Positions 23,001 to 31,492 of a stretch of 42,666 bases of DNA are shown here, piece after piece; position 1 is the first letter of the stretch; each line of letters begins with the position of its first letter. Source of the stretch: Phycisphaerae bacterium (GTDB taxonomy: Bacteria; Planctomycetota; Phycisphaerae; JAJVII01); contig JAQTVL010000001.1 of assembly GCA_028706835.1 (NCBI GenBank), positions 1 through 42,666 on the forward strand, read 5' to 3'. The translations under genes and the position numbers were made by a program. The notes beneath the pieces are model-generated. The model was not told the DNA's origin. It did no database searches and saw nothing but the letters and a program-made list of their open reading frames with translations.

Positions 23001-25016
23001 GGTATTGTTGTACGTGCATTCGATGTAACTTCCTTGAACGTAACCCGCGTGGCGTATTGTAAAATAGTCGCCAGAAGAGGCCCCGGTAACGGTGATTGTG
23101 ATCTCCTCCCTTCCGGCGACTGGGGAGCCAGGGGTCGTCGTGCTCACGCCCATCAGACCTTGGTTGGAGTACAAGGCGCTGTTGATCGCCATCGCGGGCT
23201 TGTCGCCTGGCCCGAGATAGGTCGTGAGGAAGGTCACCAGGTAACTGGCCGCCGTCCCCGTGACGGATACGTCCAGAATCGAGGGATGGGCCTCTAGCGC
23301 TGCCTCCACGTCCTCGACCGTGGAATTCCACGCCAGGGCGCTCGTCGTGGCGTTGTTGAACGTGATCGAATAGGTCCCGTACCCGGCCCCGGTGAATACC
23401 AGCCGTTGTTGCTCGTCGATCGGTTCTTCCCCGTTTGTCAGATGTATTGCGCCCAACACGTCCGGGTTGCCGGTCCACCAGCACGTGCTCGTCAGGGCTG
23501 GCTGGTCGGCAGCTTTTCGCGCACCTTGGTAGATCAGTGTGTACGTGCCCGGCGTCGGACCCGACACGACGAGGTTGCCTGTGCCAATCACGGCGAGCGC
23601 CTCCAGGGCGTTCTTCACCTGCGCTGCGCTGCTGTTGGCGGAAAGTGCCGTGGTCGTATAGCCCGCGAACGTCAGGGTGTACGTCCCTCCGGTGGTCCAG
23701 GTTTGGTAGAGTGTCTGCTGCTCGTTGTTGCCAGCCACGCCATCCCTGGTGGTCGCGGGCGTGATCGATACCGGAGACGTCAACGTCGAGACCGCCGTCA
23801 TTTCGCCGATGTTCTCCAACGCGTGCGCCCCCTGCCAGGCAAGCAAGAAGCTCGTGCCGGCGGTGGTGACGACGATGTTTCCCGTGCCGATCGTGGAGAG
23901 GGCTTCCAACGCCGATTGGATCGTCGCCGCATTGGCGTTGTAGGCCAGCTCGGCGGTCGCCTCGCCGTTCAGCACGAGCTGGTAGGTCCCGGCGCCGACC
24001 GTCGCTGGGATCGCGAAGCTCTTGACTTCGCTGTACTCGCTGCTGATCCCTTCTTGGAACACGCTCGACACGACCTCGGCATATATCCGCAGGTGGCTGG
24101 CGACGGTGAAAGCCGGGCCGTTGAGCAGGGTGCCTGGATCGCCCAGGAAGCGCACGGTGAAATCGTGCACCACGGTCGGTTGCCCGTCCCACGCGTTCCA
24201 GGCCAGGATCGACGGGTAGAGCTCGACGCCGAAGGCATTGGTCAGGGCCTGCTGGATCACCTCCACGCTCGCCGTGGCCGGAATGCCCTCGGTGGTGAGG
24301 CCGTTCCAGGTCATGGTCCACGTCCCGCTTTCGGCCGGCACGCTTCCGGTGCACGAGATCGCCTGTGAGAAATTCAGCGGCGGAGACCCGGCGACCAGCT
24401 CTTCGACGATCACGTCGCCCGGGCCGTAGAGGTAGCTCCGGGGGGCGAGCTCCGGCAAATCCTTGACTGCCAGAGAGCCGGTAAACGCCACTATCCAGAT
24501 GCCGTCGGTCGATGCGCTGACGCTGACGTTCCCGGCGCTGATCGTCGTCAGGTTCTCCAACGCGGCTTGGACCTCTGCCGCATTGGCATTGTGGTTGATT
24601 CCCGGGGTGGTCTTGCCGCGGAAGGTGAGCGTGAACGTGCCGGTCGTCGCTGTGCTGGGCTCGGCCACCTGCTGCTGGGCGCTGCGGGCCGTGCTCAGAT
24701 CGACGTTGCCCGTGGCGCTGACGACGATCCGCAGCAGCGGCCGCCCGGGCACCACGGCCGTCAAGAGCATCGTCAGGCCGTCCTCCGCGGCCTCGGCCGT
24801 GGCCTCCCGGATCAGGCGATCGGTGGAGAGGTTCCAGGCCGCCACCAGCCCGGCCACGCAATCCGCCACGCTGTCCGTCGTGCAGGTGAACTCGACGTAG
24901 TGCTCCTCCGCTCCCTCCAACGCCAGGCGCAGCGTCGTGCCGCTGCCGATCAGCAGGGGAGCCCCGGCCTGGCGTTCGGCCACCTCGGCCACATCACCGC
25001 GGAATATCCGTTGCAT
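20052..25016 (-). CDS. giant tail fibre / receptor-binding protein with 12 tandem ~100-aa domains and a ~300-aa C-terminal domain
   Basis: 1654 aa, positioned after tape measure and the distal tail protein. Repeating motif G-T-[FYW]-x-L-x-F-x-G-x-T-T-x-x-L-x-W-N-A-x-A-x-x-[VI]-Q-x-A-L-E-A-L-x-x-I-G-x-G-N-[VI]-x-V. Confidence 0.7.
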   Translation of the reverse strand: MQRIFRGDVAEVAERQAGAPLLIGSGTTLRLALEGAEEHYVEFTCTTDSVADCVAGLVAAWNLSTDRLIREATAEAAEDGLTMLLTAVVPGRPLLRIVVSATGNVDLSTARSAQQQVAEPSTATTGTFTLTFRGKTTPGINHNANAAEVQAALENLTTISAGNVSVSASTDGIWIVAFTGSLAVKDLPELAPRSYLYGPGDVIVEELVAGSPPLNFSQAISCTGSVPAESGTWTMTWNGLTTEGIPATASVEVIQQALTNAFGVELYPSILAWNAWDGQPTVVHDFTVRFLGDPGTLLNGPAFTVASHLRIYAEVVSSVFQEGISSEYSEVKSFAIPATVGAGTYQLVLNGEATAELAYNANAATIQSALEALSTIGTGNIVVTTAGTSFLLAWQGAHALENIGEMTAVSTLTSPVSITPATTRDGVAGNNEQQTLYQTWTTGGTYTLTFAGYTTTALSANSSAAQVKNALEALAVIGTGNLVVSGPTPGTYTLIYQGARKAADQPALTSTCWWTGNPDVLGAIHLTNGEEPIDEQQRLVFTGAGYGTYSITFNNATTSALAWNSTVEDVEAALEAHPSILDVSVTGTAASYLVTFLTTYLGPGDKPAMAINSALYSNQGLMGVSTTTPGSPVAGREEITITVTGASSGDYFTIRHAGYVQGSYIECTYNNTAAIVAERVNAAYFGEAYWTATGGPLGTAPVVLTATTAGNQPDLEKDTVYGTAQVTVAITAQGYTADPPANEVQLISFNGVSSGWYMLSFANGGSTATTSSLAWNANSTQVQSALQALATIGTGNVTVSGTTAAGFTVTFCGTLAYTNVAQLGYSGPLTGTPATYGVSEEIKGTTGTNEVHYLWFATAPVAGTYSLAFNGETTSALAWNVTKAQIQGALEALPTIGTGNIQMAGEPPGAMTITYIGARARHAQPLISINSLALTIQTPSAYSTEVEAGVPGIDEWQTLTAATMADGGTFSLTFLDYTTSDLAWNAQAADVVAALRALTSIGGANVDVAGGPINSGFSIAFRLALGSDNQPQIIANSSLSASYTPTIATEVHGSPAGISEVQEVFFANVTGGTFTLAFSGATTTAVAWNATAAQLKGALEAIGTVGTGNIMVEGSSPWVFTFVGTLAGIDQPLLVVNGASLTPTVTGGVTETTKGLAARNEVHEFNLTTNADSGTWLLWFNGSSVEVNYNSSAAQLETALEAVYGPGSAHVTLGPSPAEPLRVEWGGDYGLTDQAASTTASWVLRPSSANDVVVGDLVPGTTGINASYRLTAPDHLERGTWTITASGGPTGELPWNCSVAEALAAAASVFGSGNVSVTSPGTGFPRDTLVMTFGGALASKAIDAFVIASYLACKADAPTVTTIQEGDPGTTVSFETVVANAGPNCWDCDANWSDGHVPEPGDHVVFWGRDVDCVWGLPQDWPEFASVTVWASYTACLGLPDVEIGNGSPSYMQPRPTTLKAKAAIWRFGIGDGPGCPFARVDLGAADPDTKVYVEGTGSRRWDIGRALMLTGGADDASLYIRSGDVGIAVRPDELAEFGSVNLGNEGSVNDVQLLVGEGATIGAIVADGGFLELYCSYDTMTLHQGEVYQFAGAPGDTTIEDPGRYYYETPENGGVFVVLDDGLLDFSRGTEAVTLEDLDGTKIDPLERVTVGG

Positions 25017-25053
25017 TGGTCATGTCCAGTGGTCAGTGGTCAGTGTCCAGTGG
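25017..25053. repeat. heptamer element, left arm only (GTCCAGTGGTCAGTGGTCAGTGTCCAGTGGTCAG)
   Basis: Fills the whole 37-nt spacer between the distal-tail-gene stop and the fibre ATG. Confidence 0.7.
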
Positions 25054-26007
25054 TCAGCGCCGCGGCTGGTTGCTCCGCGTGCGCGGCGGCCGGTATTCGT
25101 AGACGAGTCCCAGCCGCGAGAAATCCTTCTTGCCGTGGTTCTTGAACGTCAGCTTCTTAATCGCGTCGCCCTTCGAGTCCTTGATCTGTTTCTCGGTCAG
25201 CACCTGCCCGTTGTTGCCGAAGAAGAAGTTCCCCCCGCTGGACCATTTCACCTTGCCGTTGGCGTGGACATCGACGCGGACCTCTTCACCGGTCTGCTCG
25301 TCCGTCTCGAGGTAATATGGGCCGGCATCGAGACGTTCGTGTTTCCACCCCTCCGGGTTATACCCGAACTCGTACGAGACCTTGACGTAGGCGTAGTCGC
25401 CGTCGCGGACCTCCCGCCAGGTCACACGCAGGAGCTTCACCGTCTCCGCCGGGCAGCCGCCGAACGGGTATTGGTTCACCTTGCCGACATACTCCCCGAC
25501 GAGCTTCCAGTTGTAATACCCTTCGTTTCGCGTGGCGCGCACGGTGGAGTACGGCTCGCTGACCGCGAGCCCCTGCTCGAAGGGGCAGCCGACCGAGTTG
25601 GCGAAGAACGTGTCCTCCGTGTCCTTCAGTTTGAACTTCTCCTCGACCACCGTGTCGCCGTCCCATTCGACGGGCTCCAGGAGCGGGTTCGTTTGGCTCG
25701 CCTCCTGCTTGGCCGGCGAGGGTGGGGCGTTGGTGTCCCAGGTGATCTCGGCCTCGTAGAGCAAGGGCGCCACCATGCGGATCTTGCGCCGGCGCACGAA
25801 GGCCAGTTTGTTCGTGTGTCCGTTGTAGCTATAGTAGCTGCCCCAACGCGGAATCAGCGGCGAGAGGGCCACCGCGGCCCCGCTCACCGCGCCGGACGAG
25901 ACCTTGACGCCGTAGACGATCCCATAGGAGCGAAAGAGGATCCCATCCTCGATCCGCTCTTCGTCGGTCGGCGTCGCGTATTTCACCCAGACCCGCACAA
26001 CTCCCAT
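25054..26007 (-). CDS. putative distal tail / baseplate protein
   Basis: 317-aa ORF immediately downstream of the tape measure gene. Assigned by position only. Confidence 0.45.
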   Translation of the reverse strand: MGVVRVWVKYATPTDEERIEDGILFRSYGIVYGVKVSSGAVSGAAVALSPLIPRWGSYYSYNGHTNKLAFVRRRKIRMVAPLLYEAEITWDTNAPPSPAKQEASQTNPLLEPVEWDGDTVVEEKFKLKDTEDTFFANSVGCPFEQGLAVSEPYSTVRATRNEGYYNWKLVGEYVGKVNQYPFGGCPAETVKLLRVTWREVRDGDYAYVKVSYEFGYNPEGWKHERLDAGPYYLETDEQTGEEVRVDVHANGKVKWSSGGNFFFGNNGQVLTEKQIKDSKGDAIKKLTFKNHGKKDFSRLGLVYEYRPPRTRSNQPRR

Positions 26008-26010
26008 GCG

Positions 26011-27693
26011 TCAGTTCTCCAGCACTCGGACGAGCTGCGCCTGCGCCACCTCGCGTATCAGCTCGTCGATCTTGACCCCCAAGTCCGGAAACGACGCGCG
26101 CAAGATCGCGTTGGCCTCTTCCTGCAGTCGCTCACTGCGTTTCGGGCCGGCCCCGCCCACGGCGCCGGCCAGCAGCCGATAGGCTTCCTGCGAGCCGATC
26201 GCGCCGCCGGGGGCCAACCGCCCCTCGCCGCCGGGCCGTCGCGCCCGGCCGAGGGTCTCTTCGTAGGCCCCGGCGATCGCCGTGTCGCGGGCCCGGTCCG
26301 TGAGGTCCTTACGCTTGATTGCCTTGAGCCGGTCTTCGAACCGCTCCTGCGGCGTGCGGGCCTCCTGCTCCAGATCGAATTCCTCCTTTGTCTTGATGGC
26401 CTTCTCGTATTCCTCGATCCTGGCCGGATCAAGGTTTTTCGCCCACGCATCCGCCACGCGCGGATCGATCCCCATTCGGAATGCCTCGAGGTTCCTCTTG
26501 ATGCCGTTGGTCTCTTCCTCGATGGCCCGGTTTCCGGCGTTGGTCTCCGCCTTCCGCTTCGCCTCCCGATCGAACAGATTTGACCCCTCTCGCAGGGCAT
26601 CATTCCGGCGATTGATCGCGTCGACCTGCGAGCGGATGGCCGCGGTCTGCGTGTCGAATTGGTCCTTGGTGATGTCGCGCTTTTCGAAGGACTTTTTCAG
26701 ATCGGCGATTCGCCTGTCTCCCTCCCGGTCGGCGGCGGTCTTGGGTTCGTATTGGGGACGGCCCCAGTGCAGATCGATCCCGCTCCGGGAGACGTCCCTT
26801 TGCAGCCCGCCGAGTGCGGCCTTGGACTCGTTGTCCATTTCTTTGAGCGTTGCACCCAGGTCTTTGAAGTACTTCTCTACCGCTTGGCCCTTGATCGCGT
26901 CGAGCTGGGTGTTGCTCGCTTTGATCGCTGTCTCGTAGTTTTCCCTGGCCCGGTCGAGCCGTTTGGCCGGCGCCTCGACGTCGAAATGGGTCGTCGCGTA
27001 GAGCGCGCTCCTGGCCGGCGAGTCATAGGTCTTCTTCGCGGCGGAGTACTCCTGGGCCAGCGGGCGTAGTTCTTTCTGGGCCGCGGCCCGGGCCGCGTCG
27101 TACGCGGACAAGTCGAGGCTCCCCGCCGGGCGCGCTCTGGCACGCGAAAGCCCCAGAGCGCGGTCCACGAATCCCGCGTTCCAGGCCTCCATTCCGGGCG
27201 GGTGTCGGATCTCGTCCATGAGCGCGTCGACGTGACTCTTGGCCGCGGCGAAGGCCGTTGCCACGGTTCCGGCCGCGGTGGCGAGGCCGAGGACCGCCGG
27301 TCCGGCCTTGATGGCCAAAGAGCCGATTCCCTCGAGGACCTTGCCGATGGTCGAATCGGCGTAGGTCATCCGCATTTTCGCGCCGACTTGCTCCAGTTCG
27401 CCGGTCTGTTTGAGGGCTTTGTCAATCGTCTTCGCGGGAAGGTCGAAGGCCGCCGATGTTTTGACCGTCGCGCCGCTCTTCCCAGGGGCGAGGCGCCCGT
27501 CGCCGAAGATCTTCTCCGATCCCCGGCTGATTCCCTTGAGGAAGCTGTCGATATCGGCGCCGCGTCCCCGTGCCAGCCCGCTGGCGGCCTTTTCCAGCCG
27601 GCCAAACCGCGTCTCCGCCCGATCGAAGGGCGCATCGATCCCGGGCGCCGAGGCGGCGATCGTGATGTTGAGTTTCCCGACTGATTCACCCAT
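26011..27693 (-). CDS. tail tape measure protein
   Basis: 560 aa, Ala/Lys/Glu-rich and helical, with a hydrophobic GLATAAGTVATAFAAA segment. Lies downstream of the frameshifted chaperone pair. Confidence 0.7.
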   Translation of the reverse strand: MGESVGKLNITIAASAPGIDAPFDRAETRFGRLEKAASGLARGRGADIDSFLKGISRGSEKIFGDGRLAPGKSGATVKTSAAFDLPAKTIDKALKQTGELEQVGAKMRMTYADSTIGKVLEGIGSLAIKAGPAVLGLATAAGTVATAFAAAKSHVDALMDEIRHPPGMEAWNAGFVDRALGLSRARARPAGSLDLSAYDAARAAAQKELRPLAQEYSAAKKTYDSPARSALYATTHFDVEAPAKRLDRARENYETAIKASNTQLDAIKGQAVEKYFKDLGATLKEMDNESKAALGGLQRDVSRSGIDLHWGRPQYEPKTAADREGDRRIADLKKSFEKRDITKDQFDTQTAAIRSQVDAINRRNDALREGSNLFDREAKRKAETNAGNRAIEEETNGIKRNLEAFRMGIDPRVADAWAKNLDPARIEEYEKAIKTKEEFDLEQEARTPQERFEDRLKAIKRKDLTDRARDTAIAGAYEETLGRARRPGGEGRLAPGGAIGSQEAYRLLAGAVGGAGPKRSERLQEEANAILRASFPDLGVKIDELIREVAQAQLVRVLEN

Positions 27694-27696
27694 GAG

Positions 27697-27770
27697 CAGT
27701 GTCCAGTGGCTAGTGGTCAGTGGTCAGGTCCAGTGTTCAGTTTCTTTCTGGCCACCGGCCACTGGCCACT
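27697..27770. repeat. heptamer-built imperfect hairpin (AGTGKYC)n - T-rich loop - (CYGGCCA)n
   Basis: Arms 27697-27740 and 27748-27770. 19 Watson-Crick pairs out of 23 in a hand pairing. Confidence 0.75.
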
Positions 27771-27783
27771 CTCCCTTCCCCCC

Positions 27784-28451
27784 TCACCACCTCTTCAACC
27801 TCTCCCGAATCTCCTCATCGCTCATTCGCTCCGGTCCTTCCCAGCTCGCCCGCGGGATCTGCCACACGAGCGGCGTGTCCTCGGGCAGGCCGTGGAGCAC
27901 GGCCAGGACGACGCGCGCCAGGGCCAGCTCGAGCCGCTCGGTCCCCGAGGGGATCAGGCGGTAGACGATCCGCCAGCGCTGGAGCTGCCGGCAACTGAGC
28001 CCGGCGAGCAGTCCGTCGACGTCGGCGACGCCGAGGTCCCGGGCGAGCTCGTGGGCAAAGAGCAGGTCCGGGTCGTTTCGGAGTTTTTTTCCAGCTTCTC
28101 CTGGGCCCCGCGCGTCAGCGCGGCCCGCTCGAAGATCGCCTCGGCGATCGCGTCGACCGTGCCCGTGATGTCGCGCCCCAGGGCCTCGACGTCTTCCTCG
28201 TAGGTCTTCTTGTCGTAGAAGGCGGGCTTGCCTTCCTTGTCGCAGGCGCAGCGCACGACCCAGCGCGCGTAGGCGTTGGGGTTCTCGGGGTGGTCGGCCC
28301 GCTCCTGGTTGATGGCCGACTTCTCGGCCGCCGTGGGCGGCATCACGAAGATCCGCCCGTCGAGCTCCGGCCACCCGGGGGTCGGCACGGCGATCGGCTT
28401 GAACTCGTTGTGGCTCGCCACCGCGGCGAGCATCTCCTGTCGCAAGCTCAT
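27784..28451 (-). CDS. tail assembly chaperone -1 frameshift product (GT-like)
   Basis: After A_AAA_AAC the -1 frame reads KKLRNDPDLLFAHELARDLG... and stays open to 27784. Same-strand overlapping ORF 27784-28374. Confidence 0.55.
27954..28451 (-). CDS. tail assembly chaperone (G-like, zero-frame product)
   Basis: Lies between the major tail and tape measure genes. Contains the slippery heptamer at codons 121-123. Confidence 0.6.
   Translation of the reverse strand: MSLRQEMLAAVASHNEFKPIAVPTPGWPELDGRIFVMPPTAAEKSAINQERADHPENPNAYARWVVRCACDKEGKPAFYDKKTYEEDVEALGRDITGTVDAIAEAIFERAALTRGAQEKLEKNSETTRTCSLPTSSPGTSASPTSTDCSPGSVAGSSSAGGSSTA
28083..28089 (-). promoter_or_regulatory. -1 programmed ribosomal frameshift slippery heptamer A_AAA_AAC
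   Basis: Minus strand CTG GAA AAA AAC, giving X_XXY_YYZ in the zero frame. Confidence 0.6.
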
Positions 28452-28505
28452 GGGAACCCTCTCATTTCCATGGAAATACGTTTGGGGCAGCGGCCACTGC
28501 TCTGG

Positions 28506-28835
28506 TCACGCCGCCGCCTTGCGGAACTTGTAGGTCGTGGTGACCTGGCCTTCGAGGCTGCCTTCCTTGGGCGTCTCCTCGACGATCGCGCTGCCCTTGT
28601 CGTCCGTGGTCCCGTCCTTGTAGGTGATCGTGAGGTTCCCGACGTCGTGGACGTCGACGACGGGGTGCCCGTTGCACTTGATCGTCAGCGTCCATTTCGT
28701 CTTGCCCGGCTCGAATTCCTCGGCCGTCCAGCCGACGTCGATCAGGTCGCCGCTGGCCTGGTCGTTGACGCTGACGACCTCCCCCAGGTTGTGTCCGCCG
28801 TGGGTTGCCGTGGTCCCGAAAAATCGCTTGGCCAT
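28506..28835 (-). CDS. putative major tail (tube) protein
   Basis: 109 aa from ATG 28835 (MAKRFFG), preceded by GGAGA. Lies directly upstream of the chaperone pair. Small for a tube protein. Confidence 0.5.
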   Translation of the reverse strand: MAKRFFGTTATHGGHNLGEVVSVNDQASGDLIDVGWTAEEFEPGKTKWTLTIKCNGHPVVDVHDVGNLTITYKDGTTDDKGSAIVEETPKEGSLEGQVTTTYKFRKAAA

Positions 28836-28858
28836 GATAGGTCTCCGGTATTGAGTGG

Positions 28859-31483
28859 TCAGTTTTCCGCCAGGTATGACAGCGCCGTGAAGCAGGCGTG
28901 CTCCTCGCGGGCCGGCTTGGGCAGCCCGAGTCCCGACTCGCGCCCGGCGGGCGTGAAGGCCCAATCCCCGTGCTCGAACGATGCGGCGGGGGCCAGGTCG
29001 GCCAGATCTCGCGACTCGGCCTCCGTCGAGGCCCAGAATCCCACCCGCAGCGTGGCGCGCACGTAGCCGTCTCCGGCCGAGGGGGCCGTCTTTTCACGCT
29101 CGATCGTGATGGCGGGGACCTGATCGTCGGCGAGGAGGTGGATTTTCCGGGCCGGGAGGTCGCTCAGCCCGGGCAGGGCTGCCAGCACGGCGAGCAGTTC
29201 GTCCTCGGGGTCCGCGCCGGGGACGCCCGCGGGCAGCGTCACGAGCGTGCCGGTGTACTGCGTGCCGCTGGCCCCGTAGCCGACGTCGGCGAGGACCTCC
29301 TCCGCATCGGGCAGGACGACGGTCCCGCCGCCAGACACGAGCACCAGGTCGGCGTCGAGCGCGCCCGGCTGGGCCAGGAGCGTGGTCCCCTCGAGGATCG
29401 CTCCCGCCGACGCGAGCACTGCGGCCTTATCTCCGATCAGTTGGTGCGCTTCCCCCGAGTTGTACGCCGTCAGAATCATCGCCTCGAAATCAAAGGCGCC
29501 CGGTTGCGAAAGAATCGAATGCCCGAGCAAAATGTAGTCATCATTGGCGAGCACCGCGGCCTGGTCGGTCGCGAGCTGCGCGGCCGCCGCGGCGGCCTCC
29601 AGGGCCGCGACGTCGAGCGTGCCGTCCACACCGAGGATGCTCGTGTCGTCGCTGATCTTGTCGGCCTTAAGAGTTACGGCATAGAAATCCTGGTTGTATT
29701 GATTCTGGGCACCCATCGCGTAGTGGCTGTTGTTTTCCGCCAGGAAGTCATAGGTGCCAGCCTGTCCGAGTACGGTCGCATCGTCCTTGATCGATGCGGC
29801 AGCGGCGAGCACCACGGCCTGGTCGGCGGCGAGCTGCGCGGCCTTGCTCGTCGCCTCGGTCGGGTACGTGCCCGCAGAGCCGCCGGCATAGTTGTCGTGC
29901 CCGCTAACGACCCAGGCGGCGCCGACCACGCTCGATTTGAGAGTGTAGAGACTCAGATCGAGCGTACCCGCGTACTCCGCCCCGGTCGGCCCCCACGTGG
30001 CTTCCACCGTGGAGACATTCGCCTCCGCCGGCCAGACCGCGGCAGCCAGCGGGTCGTAGGTGCCCTCGTGGCTGCCGTCGCCGTCATCCCAGGTCACACC
30101 GTCCTCGACCTCGCCGACGGATAGGCCAGTCGTCGCGTGGTAGTTGGTCCCGTCGAAGATGCCGGTCCCGTGGTAGACTCCTGCGCTCAAGAGGATGCCC
30201 GTCGCATGGTAGCCGACGTACTCGTCGAGGATGCCGGTCGCGCCGCCATACACGCCGTCGTCGTCCTGGATGCCCCACGCGTGATAGACGTAGGACTCGT
30301 CGAGCAGTCCAGCTCCCTGGTTCACGCCATCAGCGTCGACGCACCCGACCAGCGTGCCCACCGTGGCGTCAACGGATACGCCCTTGCGGACGTTTGACGC
30401 GACGGGAACGTAGCACGTCCCGACCGTGGCATCGACGTTGACCGCGTTGCGCACGTCCGCCGCCGCCGGAATGTAGGCCAGCCCGGTGGTAGTCCCGACA
30501 TTCACCGCATTGCGCACGTCGGCCGGCGCCGGCACATAACAGAGGCCGGTCATCGTCCCGTTGGCGTAGGTCACGGCGTGCCGCACGTCGGACGTAGTCG
30601 GATAATCCCCGCCTCCCCCGCCCCCCTCGTATGTGCCTTCGGAAGCCACGTCGTAGGCAACGCCGTTCTTCACGTCCGCCTCGGCGGGCATGTCGATCGG
30701 CCAGTCCATCGCCCAACTGATCCGGCCATCTATCGCGGCTGCCCCCGTACCGGCAGCGCCTCCGTTGCCAACATAAGTTGGCGACCACTCGTCCGGATAG
30801 TAAGCAGTGGCACCGGCGGCGCCATCACTGCCGGCAGCACCTTGGACGATACTGGCCCCCGGCCATTTCACCCAGACCAAGCCCCCGTCCAACGCAAATC
30901 CACCCGAGCCGCCGTTTCCTCCCGCGCCGCCATCGTACCCGCAGTTCTCGTCGGCGTATCCGCTGCCGCCGTTTCCCCCATTGCCGCTCGTTCCGTTCGT
31001 CAGCGTGCCGTGCACGCGGACGAGCGTGTAGGGATCGGACGATATCGCATGCCCGCCGGGCGACCCTCCGCTGCCGCCACTTCCCGGTCCGCCGGAGCTC
31101 GCCCCCTCTCCATCCGTGCCGTTGGCACCGTTACCGCCGGTGACGTGCCCCAGAATCTCGAAGGCGACTCGCCGGCCGGTGAACGCGATCACGTTGCGTC
31201 CCGTGATCGCCGTCACGTTGCCGTGGATGATGATGCAGCAGTTCTCGGCCGAGTAGTTCACCGTGACCCCGTCGCTGGTTGTCGAGGAATCGACGGTCAA
31301 GCTCCCGTCCAGCTCGAAGGCCGCGGTGATATCGAGCGAGCCCTCGCTAATGCACAGATCGCAATGCAGCACGCCTGCCGGCGCGGTGCAGGTGTGATGC
31401 ACGTAGCCCGTCCCCGACGTCGGCACCGATCCGCCCCATGTGGCGGCGTCGAGGAGCGATCCATTCTGGACCGTGTCGGCCAT
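28859..31483 (-). CDS. Gly-rich fibre-like protein with C-terminal DUF3168/tail-terminator-like domain
   Basis: 874 aa. GGxGG/NGG tracts. Five '..ADV[RK]N[AG]V...' repeats. Three QLxxDxAxVL...QxGxxD repeats. The last ~120 aa (ELLAVLAALPGLSDL...ATLRVGFWASTEAESRDLA) resemble tail terminator proteins. Confidence 0.6.
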   Translation of the reverse strand: MADTVQNGSLLDAATWGGSVPTSGTGYVHHTCTAPAGVLHCDLCISEGSLDITAAFELDGSLTVDSSTTSDGVTVNYSAENCCIIIHGNVTAITGRNVIAFTGRRVAFEILGHVTGGNGANGTDGEGASSGGPGSGGSGGSPGGHAISSDPYTLVRVHGTLTNGTSGNGGNGGSGYADENCGYDGGAGGNGGSGGFALDGGLVWVKWPGASIVQGAAGSDGAAGATAYYPDEWSPTYVGNGGAAGTGAAAIDGRISWAMDWPIDMPAEADVKNGVAYDVASEGTYEGGGGGGDYPTTSDVRHAVTYANGTMTGLCYVPAPADVRNAVNVGTTTGLAYIPAAADVRNAVNVDATVGTCYVPVASNVRKGVSVDATVGTLVGCVDADGVNQGAGLLDESYVYHAWGIQDDDGVYGGATGILDEYVGYHATGILLSAGVYHGTGIFDGTNYHATTGLSVGEVEDGVTWDDGDGSHEGTYDPLAAAVWPAEANVSTVEATWGPTGAEYAGTLDLSLYTLKSSVVGAAWVVSGHDNYAGGSAGTYPTEATSKAAQLAADQAVVLAAAASIKDDATVLGQAGTYDFLAENNSHYAMGAQNQYNQDFYAVTLKADKISDDTSILGVDGTLDVAALEAAAAAAQLATDQAAVLANDDYILLGHSILSQPGAFDFEAMILTAYNSGEAHQLIGDKAAVLASAGAILEGTTLLAQPGALDADLVLVSGGGTVVLPDAEEVLADVGYGASGTQYTGTLVTLPAGVPGADPEDELLAVLAALPGLSDLPARKIHLLADDQVPAITIEREKTAPSAGDGYVRATLRVGFWASTEAESRDLADLAPAASFEHGDWAFTPAGRESGLGLPKPAREEHACFTALSYLAEN

Positions 31484-31492
31484 CGCTTATTT

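Noticed and set aside
20052-25016. A diversity-generating retroelement acting on the giant fibre.
   Set aside because: No reverse-transcriptase-like ORF exists in the window. I saw no near-identical template/variable repeat pair. The 12 domains are diverged throughout rather than at adenine-specific positions.
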